The notes under the pieces are model-generated. The model was not told where the DNA came from. It ran no database searches and saw only the letters and a program-made list of their open reading frames with translations. This document shows, one piece after another, positions 20,305-30,850 of a DNA stretch of 64,000 nucleotides. The translations under genes were made by a program, and so were the position numbers. Source of the DNA: Acidobacteriota bacterium (GTDB taxonomy: Bacteria > Acidobacteriota > UBA890 > WLXD01); the NCBI GenBank assembly GCA_963666215.2, contig CAXWPL010000005.1, forward strand, positions 1,440,001 to 1,504,000, in the 5' to 3' direction. Position 1 is the stretch's first letter; every line of letters begins with the position of its first letter.

Positions 20305-20657
20305 GCCGAGTAGACGACCTCTCCGCTCTCAGCATCCCACTCCAGACGGTCGAGGACGAGGGGGCAACGAATCATGGTTCGGCCGAGTCGTACCGCGCCC
20401 TGGCGGTCCTCAGCCCGCACCGAGCCGTGGGTCCACAAGCCGCTGTGCGGCCGGAGAGCATGTTGTTCACCGTGTCAGCGTCGATCCGTCCCTTCTCGAG
20501 CAGCATCCTGAGCACCTCGGCTCGGAAGAGGCGCTCCACCTTCTGGGCGTCGAAGTAGAGAAGGTGTCGAAAGGTCCCGTCAGGGAGCCAGGCGCCATCG
20601 GCCATCAGGACGTGGATATGTGGGTGAAATCGCAACAGCTCCCCGGACGTCTGGATG
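20304..20657 (-). mobile_element. IS91-like transposase fragment with HUH motif
   Basis: QTSGELLRFHPHIHVL; continues with a frameshift into RQGAVRLGRTMIRC. Confidence 0.85.
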
Positions 20658-20714
20658 AACCACCGTCAGCGCGATCATCAGTGCACCGATGAGAACGAGA
20701 ACGAGCATCAGGGT

Positions 20715-21245
20715 CTAGTCGGCCCGGCGCACTGTCTCCAACGGGACTGGCGAGCCTCCCATGACGAACCGCCCCACGCCTGTCGCCTCGTCGATCTGCG
20801 CATCGGCCCCAAGCACTGCCATGCCCTTTCCGTTGCCTTCGGCATCGACGGTGAGATCGATGATCGTCATCGCCTGCTCCAGGGAGCCGCTGACGACTAG
20901 CTCGGGGGTGCGGCTGATCGGCCGATCCGCGACCAGATGGATTCGTCGGCCGTCGCCGGCCTTGAAGGAGATGGCATAGTGGAGGTCGTAACGTAGCTCC
21001 TCGGTGAGCACGACATAGCCTGTCGTCTTCTGTTCCTCCAGCGCCTGCAGAGTCAGCCCCACATCGCTCTTCTTGACGACCTCGATCAAGGCAGCCCGCT
21101 CGGCGGGGGTCGTCCAGCGCTCGACGACGACCTCGACCGGCGTCTCGAGCTGTGAGCCTTCGACGATGAAGCGGAGAAGTAGCTCACCCAGTTGCGCTCT
21201 CAGCGCGCCGCTGAGAAGCAGGGGCAGGATCAGGAGGCCGAGCAA
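20715..21245 (-). CDS. Hypothetical exported protein (start uncertain)
   Basis: Hydrophobic N-terminus; ERWTTPAER..RRIHLVADRPIS. Confidence 0.55.
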   Translation of the reverse strand: MLGLLILPLLLSGALRAQLGELLLRFIVEGSQLETPVEVVVERWTTPAERAALIEVVKKSDVGLTLQALEEQKTTGYVVLTEELRYDLHYAISFKAGDGRRIHLVADRPISRTPELVVSGSLEQAMTIIDLTVDAEGNGKGMAVLGADAQIDEATGVGRFVMGGSPVPLETVRRAD

Positions 21246-21448
21246 AGCGCGCCGAAGCGTGTCCGGGTATCGCTTCAGGTGTTGCGCGAGTGGTCACTCA
21301 TCATAGAGCTCCTCTACGGGACTAGCCCGGGAATGTGTTGCAGCCGGTTCACAGGTCCAGGAAGCAGGCCTCATGGTAGTGCGAAGCCGCCAACAACGCC
21401 AGAGTGGAAGGCCGATGCGCTAGACTCCCGGCAAGCGATTGGAGAGCG

Positions 21449-22945
21449 ATGAAACCAGGGAATCGGGTCCTGGCCCGAACCGTGCCGACCCGCACACGAC
21501 TGGCTTTCGGGGTCGGCGCCGCGGCCGAGAACATGTCGCTCTACTCGCTGTCGATCCTCGGCCTGCTGTTCTACAACCAGGTGCTTGGACTGGACGTGCT
21601 ATTGGCGGGCCTGGTGCCCACGATTGCCCTGCTGACCGACGCCATCTCGGATCCTCTGTTCGGCTCGTTCTCGGATCGTTATCGCTCCAAACGATGGGGG
21701 CGGCGTCATCCGTTCATGCTGATCTCGCCGATACCCATCGCGCTCAGCTTCTTCTGCGTCTTCAACCCACCGGACGACCTGACGCCAAACCAGCTCTTCG
21801 GGTGGTTCCTCATCTGGTCCATCAGCCTGCGGACGTTCATGACCGTGTACCACGTGCCTCACCTGGCGATGGGCGGCGAGCTGTCGAGCCGCTACATCGA
21901 ACGCTCCCGCATCATGAGCTACAACAACTTCTTCTCCTGGTTTGGTGGTGCCGGGTTGTTCAAGCTGAACACGGTCGTCTTCTTCGCTTCGGTGGCCGTG
22001 GCAACCAACGGACTCTTGAATCGCGACGCCTACCCGGCGTTCTCGATCGCGATGGCGGTCTTCATCCTGGTCGTTCTTTTCAGCTCTGCCTGGTTCACCA
22101 TAGACCGGATTCCGACGCTGCCGCAGGCACCGGAGGATCTGGACGGGTTTTCGATACGCGCATTCGGTCGCGACGTCGCTTCCGCCTTCTCGAACCGCAA
22201 CTACCGGATGCTGATGATCGCCTTCTTCGCCCTGTCGCTGATGCTCGGCCTGCGCCTGGCGCTCACCAACTACATGAACATCTTCTACTGGGAGCTACGG
22301 TCGGAGGACATCGGCACCTTGCTTTTCACCGGATCGTTCATCGGCTATGTCACCGGGTTCATGTTGACGGCGCGTTTGCACACCCGCTTCGACAAGCGGC
22401 GTACCATCGTGCTCACCGCGCTCGGACTATCGGTCTTCCCGGCAATACCGGTGGTCCTCCGATTGATGGGCACGTTTCCGGAAAACGGCTCGCCTTGGCT
22501 GCTGTGGGCGATCGCCGGATTCCAGGCCCTTTCGTCCGGCTCCGGCAGCATTCTGAACATCAGCGTCATGTCGGCGTTGGCGGACATCGCGGACGAGAAC
22601 GAGGTTCGCATCGGTCATCGACAGGAGGGCACGCTCTATGCCGCGCGGACGTTCTTCGCCAAGCTCGACAACTCACTCGGCCAGGGGATCGCCGCCTTGT
22701 CGCTGGCGATCATCGGCTTTCCGAAGAACGCGCAGCCGGGCGCGGTCGATGCCGACACCATCTACTGGCTGGGCTTGATCGAGTCGCCTCTCTCGATCGT
22801 TCCGGGTCTCATAGCCGCGTGTTTCTACGCCCAGTACCGCATCAACCGAAAGCAGTACGAGGACACGCGTCAGCAGCTCGATGAGATACACGCGCGACGC
22901 GCCACGGATGTGTCCCGTTTTTTGTGGAAATGGGTTCAGGCGTAG
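21449..22945 (+). CDS. MFS transporter, GPH (sugar:cation symporter) type; C-terminus altered by IS256
   Basis: DAISDPLFG..SD, WGRRHPF, ADIADE..RQEG; many TM segments. Confidence 0.88.
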   Translation: MKPGNRVLARTVPTRTRLAFGVGAAAENMSLYSLSILGLLFYNQVLGLDVLLAGLVPTIALLTDAISDPLFGSFSDRYRSKRWGRRHPFMLISPIPIALSFFCVFNPPDDLTPNQLFGWFLIWSISLRTFMTVYHVPHLAMGGELSSRYIERSRIMSYNNFFSWFGGAGLFKLNTVVFFASVAVATNGLLNRDAYPAFSIAMAVFILVVLFSSAWFTIDRIPTLPQAPEDLDGFSIRAFGRDVASAFSNRNYRMLMIAFFALSLMLGLRLALTNYMNIFYWELRSEDIGTLLFTGSFIGYVTGFMLTARLHTRFDKRRTIVLTALGLSVFPAIPVVLRLMGTFPENGSPWLLWAIAGFQALSSGSGSILNISVMSALADIADENEVRIGHRQEGTLYAARTFFAKLDNSLGQGIAALSLAIIGFPKNAQPGAVDADTIYWLGLIESPLSIVPGLIAACFYAQYRINRKQYEDTRQQLDEIHARRATDVSRFLWKWVQA

Positions 22946-24269
22946 TCCTCCGAGTCGTCTTTTGCTAAATCCTACCGTTTACGCGGCCCTCTCAACCTCG
23001 AGCAGGAGCTGAAGCGCCCGGTAGCCGTTAATCCTTCGCAGGTGTATCTGCCCGAAGGCGACGAGCCCCCAGAGGAGCGTGACGCCGGCAGCCTCGGTGG
23101 CAAAGGAGCCCTGGGTTTTAGTGCGGCGACGAAACTCGCGGTTCAGGTTCTCCAGAGCGTTGGTCGTGCGCACCGAACTCCACAGCGATTTGGGGAGCTC
23201 GTAGAAGGTCAGTAGCTGGAACCCTGCCTCCTCAAGGCTGCGAGCCACCGCCGGGACTAGTCGCGACCACTTGGTGACGAACGCCGCGTAGGCCTTGCGG
23301 GCCTGTGCCGCGTCCTCGGCTCGTACGATCGAGTGCCAGTCACGCCGCAGCTCGTCGTGTGCGTGCACCGGGCAGTGTTTCTTCAGATTCTCCCACTTGT
23401 GTTGGACGCAGCGCTGGACTTTGACCTCAGGCCAAGCCTTCAGCGCCGCGGCCAGCCCTTTGTGGCCATCCGTGACCAGGTAGCGCGGAGCCTGAAGACC
23501 TCGGGCCTTCAGATCCTCGATCAGCCACTTCCAGTGCTCGGCGGCCTCGCTCGCGGCTAAACGTAAGGCCACCAGCACCTTGGTGCCGTCCGGAGTCACA
23601 CCCAGCACCACCAGCACCGGTACCGAGACCACTCGACGGGCCAAGCGGACCTTCAGGTGAAAGCCATCGAGAAACAGAAGCACGTAGGACTCCTCCGACA
23701 GATCGCGCTCACTCCAGCGAGCAAAAAGCTCCTTCAGCCGAGACACCACACGCGAAACTGCGCTCTTGGACAGGTGCTCCTCACCCAGCAGCGGAGCCAA
23801 TGCCTTCTTGATCCGGCGGCTGTTAGCGCCAGCCAGATACGCACCCAGGATCGCGTCATCGACCTCCTGCGTACGACGAGCGTAACGCGGCACGATCGCA
23901 CTGCGAAACTCTACGCTGGCCCCATCCTCGCCGACTAGCCGTCCTCGTGGAATGTCCAGTTCCTTCGACCCACACGCCGTCGTGATCAGACGACGCTGCT
24001 TGCCGTTGCGATAGCCCGCACGCTCGCCTGAACGCTCGTAGGCGCTGCAGCCCAGCGCCTCGGACAGCTCTTCCTCGAGTGTGATCTCGATCGCCGCACG
24101 AACACGCTCGCGTAACAACGAACGAATGTCCTGACGGAAGCGTGCAGCTTCCCCTTCCTCGTTGATATTCTCCACCATGGCGTAATCCTCCGTTCGCCCT
24201 AACCGGCGATGTGTTTGACCACTAGGAGGTTACGCCATTCTCAATTTCCACAGCATTCGGGACGGATCC
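22906..24269 (-). mobile_element. Complete IS256-family element
   Basis: IRs GGATGTGTCCCG..TGTGGAAAT / GGATCCGTCCCG..TGTGGAAAT; 8-bp target duplication CGCGCCAC (22898-22905, 24270-24277). Confidence 0.93.
22979..24178 (-). CDS. IS256 transposase
   Basis: YRNG, LFLDG, VTDGHKGL, QRCVQH, TTNALENLN. Confidence 0.93.
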   Translation of the reverse strand: MVENINEEGEAARFRQDIRSLLRERVRAAIEITLEEELSEALGCSAYERSGERAGYRNGKQRRLITTACGSKELDIPRGRLVGEDGASVEFRSAIVPRYARRTQEVDDAILGAYLAGANSRRIKKALAPLLGEEHLSKSAVSRVVSRLKELFARWSERDLSEESYVLLFLDGFHLKVRLARRVVSVPVLVVLGVTPDGTKVLVALRLAASEAAEHWKWLIEDLKARGLQAPRYLVTDGHKGLAAALKAWPEVKVQRCVQHKWENLKKHCPVHAHDELRRDWHSIVRAEDAAQARKAYAAFVTKWSRLVPAVARSLEEAGFQLLTFYELPKSLWSSVRTTNALENLNREFRRRTKTQGSFATEAAGVTLLWGLVAFGQIHLRRINGYRALQLLLEVERAA

Positions 24270-24300
24270 CGCGCCACTGGCTAGCTATAGCTATAGCTAG

Positions 24301-24900
24301 GGTACTGTCAGGTTGAGCCTGTTGGTGGCAGAGTGCGCCCATGAAGAGCAGCACACTCAGCTACCGCGGCTATCGGTTCCCGCCCGAGATCATCGCCCAC
24401 GCAGTCTGGCTCTACCCTCGCTTCTGTCTGAGCCTTCGGGACGTCGAAGATCTCCTCGCGGAGCGCGGAATCACTGTCTCTCACGAGACCATCCGCCAAT
24501 GGTGCCGGAAGTTCGGCACCGAGTACGCACGGAAGCTGAAGCGGCGGGGAGGCAGACTGGGCGACACGTGGTTCTTGGACGAGCTCTTCGTGACCATTCA
24601 GGGCAAGAGGCAGTACGCCAACAACCGAGCCGAAGTCTCCCACCAGCCGACCCGGCAACGAGAGCGACAGATGCGCCGCTTCAAATCACCCGGCCAAGCG
24701 CAGCGATTCCTGTCCGCTCACGGAGCCATCCAGAACCTGTTCCGCGTTGGGCGGACCTGGTCAGCTCCGCAAACCACCGAGTTCTACGAGATCGCTCCTT
24801 CGGTGTCTGGCGACAGGAGACGTGTGCCTCCTGAGTCCGAGTCGAACCAACCTTCGACAACGCCGGAGCTCGCCTCGACCAAGGCCAAGTTGACAGTGCC
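24301..24900 (+). mobile_element. IS6-family element, internally deleted
   Basis: IRs GGTACTGTCA / TGACAGTGCC; YRGYRFPPEII, WFLDE joined directly to NNRAE. Confidence 0.85.
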
Positions 24901-24909
24901 GCACTAACC

Positions 24910-25334
24910 CTTCAGGAGCGCGCTTACTCCTCTCCGATCTGGTTGATACCGCGATAAGGAGCGGCTCGAAACGATCTTCGTAGACCTGGGGAGGAAGCGC
25001 TCGAAGTGGTGTGTCAAGGCGCGGTACGCCACGCTCCGCTCCGGCCGCCGCCGGCGATAGACCTGGCTGTGAGCCGCCTCTGCCATTGCCTCCCGTCGAA
25101 GACAAGAGACGGAAAGCGGCGCTCAGATCTGGCACCGATCGCACCTAATGCTCTTCCGCCCCGAGCTCGGCTTCCGCTCGAACCTCGCTGGGGAACGACC
25201 GTGGGCGGTAGCTTTCCCCCGGCTGCTGCAGCTGAGTTCAACGCTGCGTGCCTTGATACGATCGGTCCATGAGGGTCTCAGGAACACCCAGCGTCATTCA
25301 TTCGGATCCTGAGATCCTCGGTGGCGCACCCGTT
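24910..25334. repeat. DUF3604 3' tip + IS91 5' stub + DUF433 start
   Basis: 24910-24961 matches 54218-54269; 24962-25334 matches 3919-4291 with a few differences. Confidence 0.85.
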
Positions 25335-25369
25335 TTGTTGGCGACCGCGAGTGGTTCGACTACGAGATC

Positions 25370-25792
25370 CGGGTCGAAGCGCCAGCGGTTGTAGCCTTCG
25401 CCGGTGGTCGCCGTCAGCGGCTTGTAGGCCTTGCCCAGCCAGTAGCCGCGCTCCGAGCTCTCGTTGTACATGAAGTCGGCGGTCGAGGCTTGTCGAGTGG
25501 CGTCGCCGCCGTTGGGGACGATGCCCTGGTAGTGGCCGTTGAGCTCTGCCATCGGTACGGCGGGTAGGGATTTCCACAGGGCTAGGACGGCGTCGCGGTC
25601 TAGAGCCAGGAGTTGCTCCATGGTCCAGGTGCCGGAGTGCGACAGCGGGAGGCTGCTTGGCGTTTGGGTGGTGGCTGTGGTGGTGGCGTCTTCGGCGGGT
25701 TCTGTTGGCGGGGCCGCGGGTGCGGTGGTGGGCGTGCAGAAGAGGATGGCTAGCGCTGCCATTGCCACGAGAGTCGTGGGGGTTCGTCTCAT
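25370..25792 (-). pseudogene. Exported hypothetical protein, 3'-truncated
   Basis: RBS GGAGG, signal peptide; runs into the repeat at ~25335. Confidence 0.5.
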
Positions 25793-25912
25793 AGGGAGGC
25801 CTCCTTATCGAGTGGTTTGAATATAAGGCAGGCCTGGGGCGGTGTCGAGGGCGTAAGACGCCCCCCAGGGACGGGGGGCGCTACACGAAGGAAGGAAGGA
25901 ACGGGACGGCCA

Positions 25913-26290
25913 TTACGGCGCGAAGCTCGAACGGGCGCTAATTCCCCACGTGTCGTTCTCTTTCGTCACCAGGTACAAGGTGTTGAAGGTCGAGATCACT
26001 TCGCCGGCGGCGTTGTAGCGACTGAAGGTGAGCGCCACGTTGGCGGCGTTCTCGGCGACCTGGATGGCCTCGATCTCATCCCAGGCGCTGTGGTCCCAGC
26101 CGAAGCGCTCGGCGAAGGCGTCGAAGTCCATGTTGGCGACGAACTCTTCTTCGGTTTCGGTCACGACCACTTCGCCGCTCGCGAGGCGAAGGTGGGGGAA
26201 GTGGAGGGTCGATGCCCAGGCCTGCGGGTCGCGTGCGTTGAACGCCGTCATGTACTCCTCGACCTTGGCGACGGCGATCTCATCGCTCTG
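25913..26290 (-). pseudogene. NTF2/SnoaL-like protein, 5'-truncated
   Basis: YMTAFNARD..LHFPHLRL..WDHSAW..WGISARSSFAP. Confidence 0.55.
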
Positions 26291-26645
26291 GTGAAGGTAT
26301 CGACGACCAGGGTGGCTACCGCCACACCCAGAGTCTCGACGTACTCGCAATCCGTCATTCCCTGCTCCAGAAGCCCCTCGACCCAATGTCCCGCGATCCG
26401 TCCGGGGTCGGTGACAACGCGATGAACGACCTCCACCACCTGGTTGGGCAACTCGCCCAGGCTGTCGTGCGAGCCCTCGAGCCCATACGGTGACAAGCCC
26501 GCGCGTTTCGGGTCTCTCCCGCGATGGCGACCCGGCGCTCAGAGGTCCACCAGGTGCCCGGCGTTCCCAGGTGGCGCCAGATACGTCGGTGGGCCTCGAC
26601 GAGATCTCCTCTGACGAGCAGAGAAGAAGCGGTATAGTCGATCAT
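26290..26645 (-). pseudogene. AhpD-like protein, frameshifted and truncated
   Basis: PGTWWTSERRVAIAGETR..C; HRVVTDPGRI; YVETLGV. Confidence 0.5.
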
Positions 26646-26743
26646 CGGCGGTAGCGTACCAAGCCGAGTTGAGGGTTGGAAGAGCGATGGCGTAAGAGGT
26701 CTCCTCGGTCGATTTGATCGGGAGAGGATTGGAGGGGCGCTGG

Positions 26744-28267
26744 GTGAGAACGCCGCTATCAGGGTTGATATTACTGGTCGCCTTCGGCTTGAGCGCCTGC
26801 GCAAACGAGGGGTCGGATCCCTCGGCGGCGGAGAGCGCCCAGGCTCCGGAGCCGGCACGTCAACCGAACATCATCGTGATCCTCGCCGACGATCTCGGCT
26901 ATGCCGACATCTCGACCTACGGCGACCGGGTGGCGACACCCAACATCGATCGCATCGGCAAAAAGGGCGCGATCTTCGAGCAGGGCTATGTGACCACGCC
27001 GGTCTGCTCCCCTTCGCGCGCGGCGCTGGTGACCGGTCGTTACCAGCAGCGCTACGGCTTCGAGCACAACGCTCGCGAGTCACCCGAGGTGCCCGATGTC
27101 GGCCTCATCGCCGGTGAGCTGACGATCGCCGATCATCTCAAGCGCGCCGGCTACGCGACCGGAATCGTTGGCAAGTGGCACCTCGGTTTCAAAGACGAAC
27201 ACTATCCGACCCATCGCGGCTTCGACGAGTTCTACGGTCATCTCTCGGGAGCAACGCAATTCGTCAATGTGCTCTCGCAAGGGGTTCATTCGATGGCGTT
27301 CGACGACGAACTTCGTGCCAGACCGCCTGAAGACCCGCGCACTGATCTCCTCGTTCGTGGAAGCGAGCCCCTCTCTCCGCCCAACCGAAGCGGAGGCAAC
27401 CAAATCGTCGAAGGGCCCGAGAGGACGGTCCGCGAAGTGGCGGAGTACATCACCGACGTATTCGGTGAGAGATCGGTCGACTTCATCAGCCGGCACAAAG
27501 ACGAGCCCTTTTTTCTTTACTCCGCGTTCAATGCGCCGCATTCGCCCTTTCAAGTCACCCAGGAGTACTACGACCGCTTTCCGGACGAGAAAAACGAGCT
27601 CCTGCGCATCTACTTCGGGATGATCGCTGCCCTCGACGATGCGGTCGGGCGCATCCTCGACACTCTCGAGGAGAACGGTCTTGCCGACAACACCCTCGTC
27701 GTTTTCCTCGGCGATAACGGCTGCGCAGGCTATGTCCCGGGACTGTGCTCTTGCGAGCCGCTTTCGGGCGGCAAGGCCACCTTCTACGAGGGCGGCGTGC
27801 GAGTGCCGTTCTTGATGCGGTGGCCACAGGCGATCGAAGCGGGTAGCCGCGTGACGACGCCGGTGTCTTCACTCGACATTCTGCCAACCGCAATCGCCGC
27901 CGCCGGGCAGACCGCGCCCGAGGGTCTCGCCCTCGACGGTCACAATCTCCTGCCGCTGTTCGAGGAAGGGGGTGGGGGTTCGCATCACGACCGTCTGGTA
28001 TTCCGCATGTCTCCGGCCATTGCAGTTCGCCAGGGCGATATGAAGCTGATCAAGCCCAACCAGGATGAGCCCCTGGGCTTCCTCTACGACCTATCTGTGG
28101 ACGTGCGCGAACAGAACAACCTCGCGGATGAGCGCCCCGAGGTGATCCAGTCGCTCGAGGAGGAGATCGAAGACTGGCGATCGATCACCGCCGAGCCGCT
28201 CTGGGGTCCTCGCCCGCCCTTGACCTACTCGATCTGCGGTATCGAGCCGATCGGCTTCGAGGTATGA
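26744..28267 (+). CDS. Arylsulfatase-type sulfatase, lipoprotein
   Basis: LSAC lipobox, ADDLG, CSPSRAALVTG formylglycine motif, GKWHLG, DNG. Confidence 0.92.
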   Translation: MRTPLSGLILLVAFGLSACANEGSDPSAAESAQAPEPARQPNIIVILADDLGYADISTYGDRVATPNIDRIGKKGAIFEQGYVTTPVCSPSRAALVTGRYQQRYGFEHNARESPEVPDVGLIAGELTIADHLKRAGYATGIVGKWHLGFKDEHYPTHRGFDEFYGHLSGATQFVNVLSQGVHSMAFDDELRARPPEDPRTDLLVRGSEPLSPPNRSGGNQIVEGPERTVREVAEYITDVFGERSVDFISRHKDEPFFLYSAFNAPHSPFQVTQEYYDRFPDEKNELLRIYFGMIAALDDAVGRILDTLEENGLADNTLVVFLGDNGCAGYVPGLCSCEPLSGGKATFYEGGVRVPFLMRWPQAIEAGSRVTTPVSSLDILPTAIAAAGQTAPEGLALDGHNLLPLFEEGGGGSHHDRLVFRMSPAIAVRQGDMKLIKPNQDEPLGFLYDLSVDVREQNNLADERPEVIQSLEEEIEDWRSITAEPLWGPRPPLTYSICGIEPIGFEV

Positions 28268-28292
28268 AAGCGAGCTCGCCGCTCGTCGTCGC

Positions 28293-28535
28293 TCAGCTCG
28301 CTGCGGTGCCGAGCTCCTCCAGGTGCCGCGCAATCAACATCTTGATGAGGGACTGACGGGGAACCCCTAGCCTCGAGGCCTCGCGATCGAGAGACTCGAC
28401 CATCCAGTTGGGAAAATCGACATTGACTCGGCGCTGCTCGTGACCGGGGCGTCGCACCTTTGACAGATCAAGATACCTGGTGATGTCCTCGCCCGCATCG
28501 AACTTCTTGTCGAGCTCCTTCGCCTTAGCCTTCAT
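28293..28535 (-). CDS. BrnA/CopG-type antitoxin
   Basis: FDAGEDIT..RVNVDFP.WM..LDREA..GVPRQSLIK. Confidence 0.85.
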   Translation of the reverse strand: MKAKAKELDKKFDAGEDITRYLDLSKVRRPGHEQRRVNVDFPNWMVESLDREASRLGVPRQSLIKMLIARHLEELGTAAS

Positions 28536-28785
28536 AGAGTTCGATCTCCTCTCTGCGAGACCGTCGAACCGAGATAATCCGCAGACGGTCGCCTCGATAG
28601 GTGATGATCGCGGACCACGACAGATCCTCGATCTTCCCGACGATCAGGATCCTTGGCTCGTCCGCAGTCCTCGCCGGGACGGCAATCAAGTCGGGGTCGT
28701 TCCACAGCTCTTGCGCCTCGATGAAATCGATGCCGTGTTTCTTCTGGTTCGAGCGACTCTTGCGGACGTCGAACTCGAACCTCAT
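28525..28785 (-). CDS. brnT: BrnT family toxin
   Basis: KSRSNQKKHGIDF, RIISVRR. Confidence 0.85.
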   Translation of the reverse strand: MRFEFDVRKSRSNQKKHGIDFIEAQELWNDPDLIAVPARTADEPRILIVGKIEDLSWSAIITYRGDRLRIISVRRSRREEIELYEG

Positions 28786-28898
28786 GGTATAAAAATTATA
28801 CCTCACAAGGCCAAGTCTCGGAGGGCCTTCGCTCTCTGGCAGCAGCTCGCAGCTCTCCAGGCCAAGCGCCGGTGCGGCTCGAGCGACTGCGCGGTACT

Positions 28899-30850
28899 TC
28901 AGCGACCGACAGACAGATCGCCGAGCACGAAGGCGATGAACTCGGGCTTCGTCGTGCGGTCGCCGAAGGCCACGACGATGTACTGCTTGCCCTCGTGCTC
29001 GTAGGTCATCGGCGCCGAGGTTACGCCGGCCGGTAGCTCGGTCTCCCAGACGACGTCGCCCGTCGCCTTGTCGAAGGCCCGGAACATGGGACCGCCGCCA
29101 CCCTCCGGAACGGCGATCATGTCGGGCGAGCCCTCGCCGAGGAAAAGCAGCGTCTTGGTGACCAGCGGCGACGCCCGCCCGGTCTGTCCCAGCGCCGGCA
29201 GGTCGAGGCCGGCGAGCAGCGGGTGGTCCTTCGGCCCGTCCCCGTTGGCGGCGACCCACAGATGCTCGCCGGTATTCATGTCGATGGCGGTGATCCGACC
29301 CCAGGGCGGCTTGGTGATCGGTAGCCCGCCCTCGAGCTGGATGTGCCCACTGCGGGGACCGCCGTGCCGGTAGCGGAAGTCGGAGCGGTTGGGGTCGGGC
29401 TGGTAGAGGTCGATCACCAGTAGCGCCGTCACCGAAGGAACGTAGAGGATCTGCGTTTCGGGATCTAAGGCGGCCCCGTTCCATGCCGTCGCGCCGATCG
29501 CCGAGGGCACCTGGACCGCACCACGAAAGCGCTCCCCGTCGAGCAATGCCGGCGGCAGATAGAGCGGCCCGAGCTGATAGCCCTCGAGGCGCTGCATCGC
29601 CGCGCGCCGCAGCTCCGGCGTGAGGTCGATCAGATCCTCAACGGCAAGACCTTGGAGATCGTACGCCTTCGGCCAGCTCGGATGCGGCTGGGTGGGATAG
29701 GCCTGTTCCCCGGGAACCGTCGATGGTGGCGCCGGCAGCTCGACGATGGGCCACACCGGCTCGCCGGTCTCGCGGTCCAGGACGTAGGCGTAGGCCTGCT
29801 TGGAGACCGCGACCAGGGCCTTGATCTCCCTGCCGTCGACGGTGATGTCAGTGAGAGCACCGGAGCGGCCGGGAAGTCGTAGTCCCAGAGGCCGTGGCGG
29901 ATGGCCTGGAAGTGCCACACCCGCTCACCGGTGCGTGTGCGCAAGGCGACGATGCTCTCGCCATAGAGGCCTGCGCCCGGGCGGTGACCACCGTACCAGT
30001 CGTTGTTCGGCGTCGAGGTGTTCGCATAGACCATGTCGAGATCCGCATCGCAGCTGAACCAACCCCACACGTTTCCCCCGCCGGTGTAGTCCGCCGAGCC
30101 CTCCTCCCAGGTCTCGTAGCCGGGCTCGCCCTTACGCGGAATGATGTGAAAGACCCAAAGCAGCTCTCCGGTCGGGATGTCGTAGGCCTGGATCAAGCCC
30201 GGCGGCGCCTTCTGGTGCATCGAGTTGTCGTGGGTCGAGCTGCCCAAGACGATGGTGTCGCCACACACGGTCGGCGCCGAGCTCCAAGAGTAGCCGCGCA
30301 ACGGCGGGTCGACGGCTTTGCGGATGTCGACCCGGCCCTCCTCCCCAAAGCTCCGGTCGGGTTTGCCGGTCGCAGCGTCGAGGGAAACCAGGTAGCCGCT
30401 GGAGAGGAGCAGAAAACGTTCCTTGCCCTCGCCGCGCCAGAACGCACCGCCTCGATTTCTGAACTCGTAACTCGTGCGATCGATCCTGTCGTCGTTATCG
30501 TAGGGGTCGTACACCCAGAGGCGCTCGCCCGTCGTCGGATCGAGTGCGGCGCCCATGCCTGCGGCGCTCGAGATCAAGAGCCGGCAGCTGGCGTAGAGCG
30601 GAGTGGTCTCGAGGATCGGCGACGCGCGCAGGGTCTCCCCCGCCGGGTACTCGATGGATGGCTGTCGCCAGGCGACGTCGAGCCGCGCCACGTTGGATTC
30701 GTCGATCTGCGCGAGCGACGAATACTTCGTGCTGGCGGCATCGCCGGCGTAAGCGAGCCATTCGGGAGCCGCGGCCCCGGACTGCGCATGTGACGCCAGG
30801 GCCGTCACCGCCAGGGCGAGCCCCAAGAGAGAAGCTCGGACCTCAAGCAT
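28899..30850 (-). pseudogene. PQQ-dependent (quinoprotein glucose dehydrogenase-like) enzyme, single frameshift near 29855
   Basis: WDYDFPAAPVL in one frame, TDITVDG..PTQP..KPPWG in the next; could be a sequencing error. Confidence 0.85.

Noticed and set aside
28525-29484. 319-aa ORF as a large toxin fusion
   Set aside because: Only the last 86 codons are BrnT; the rest overlaps the PQQ gene in another frame.
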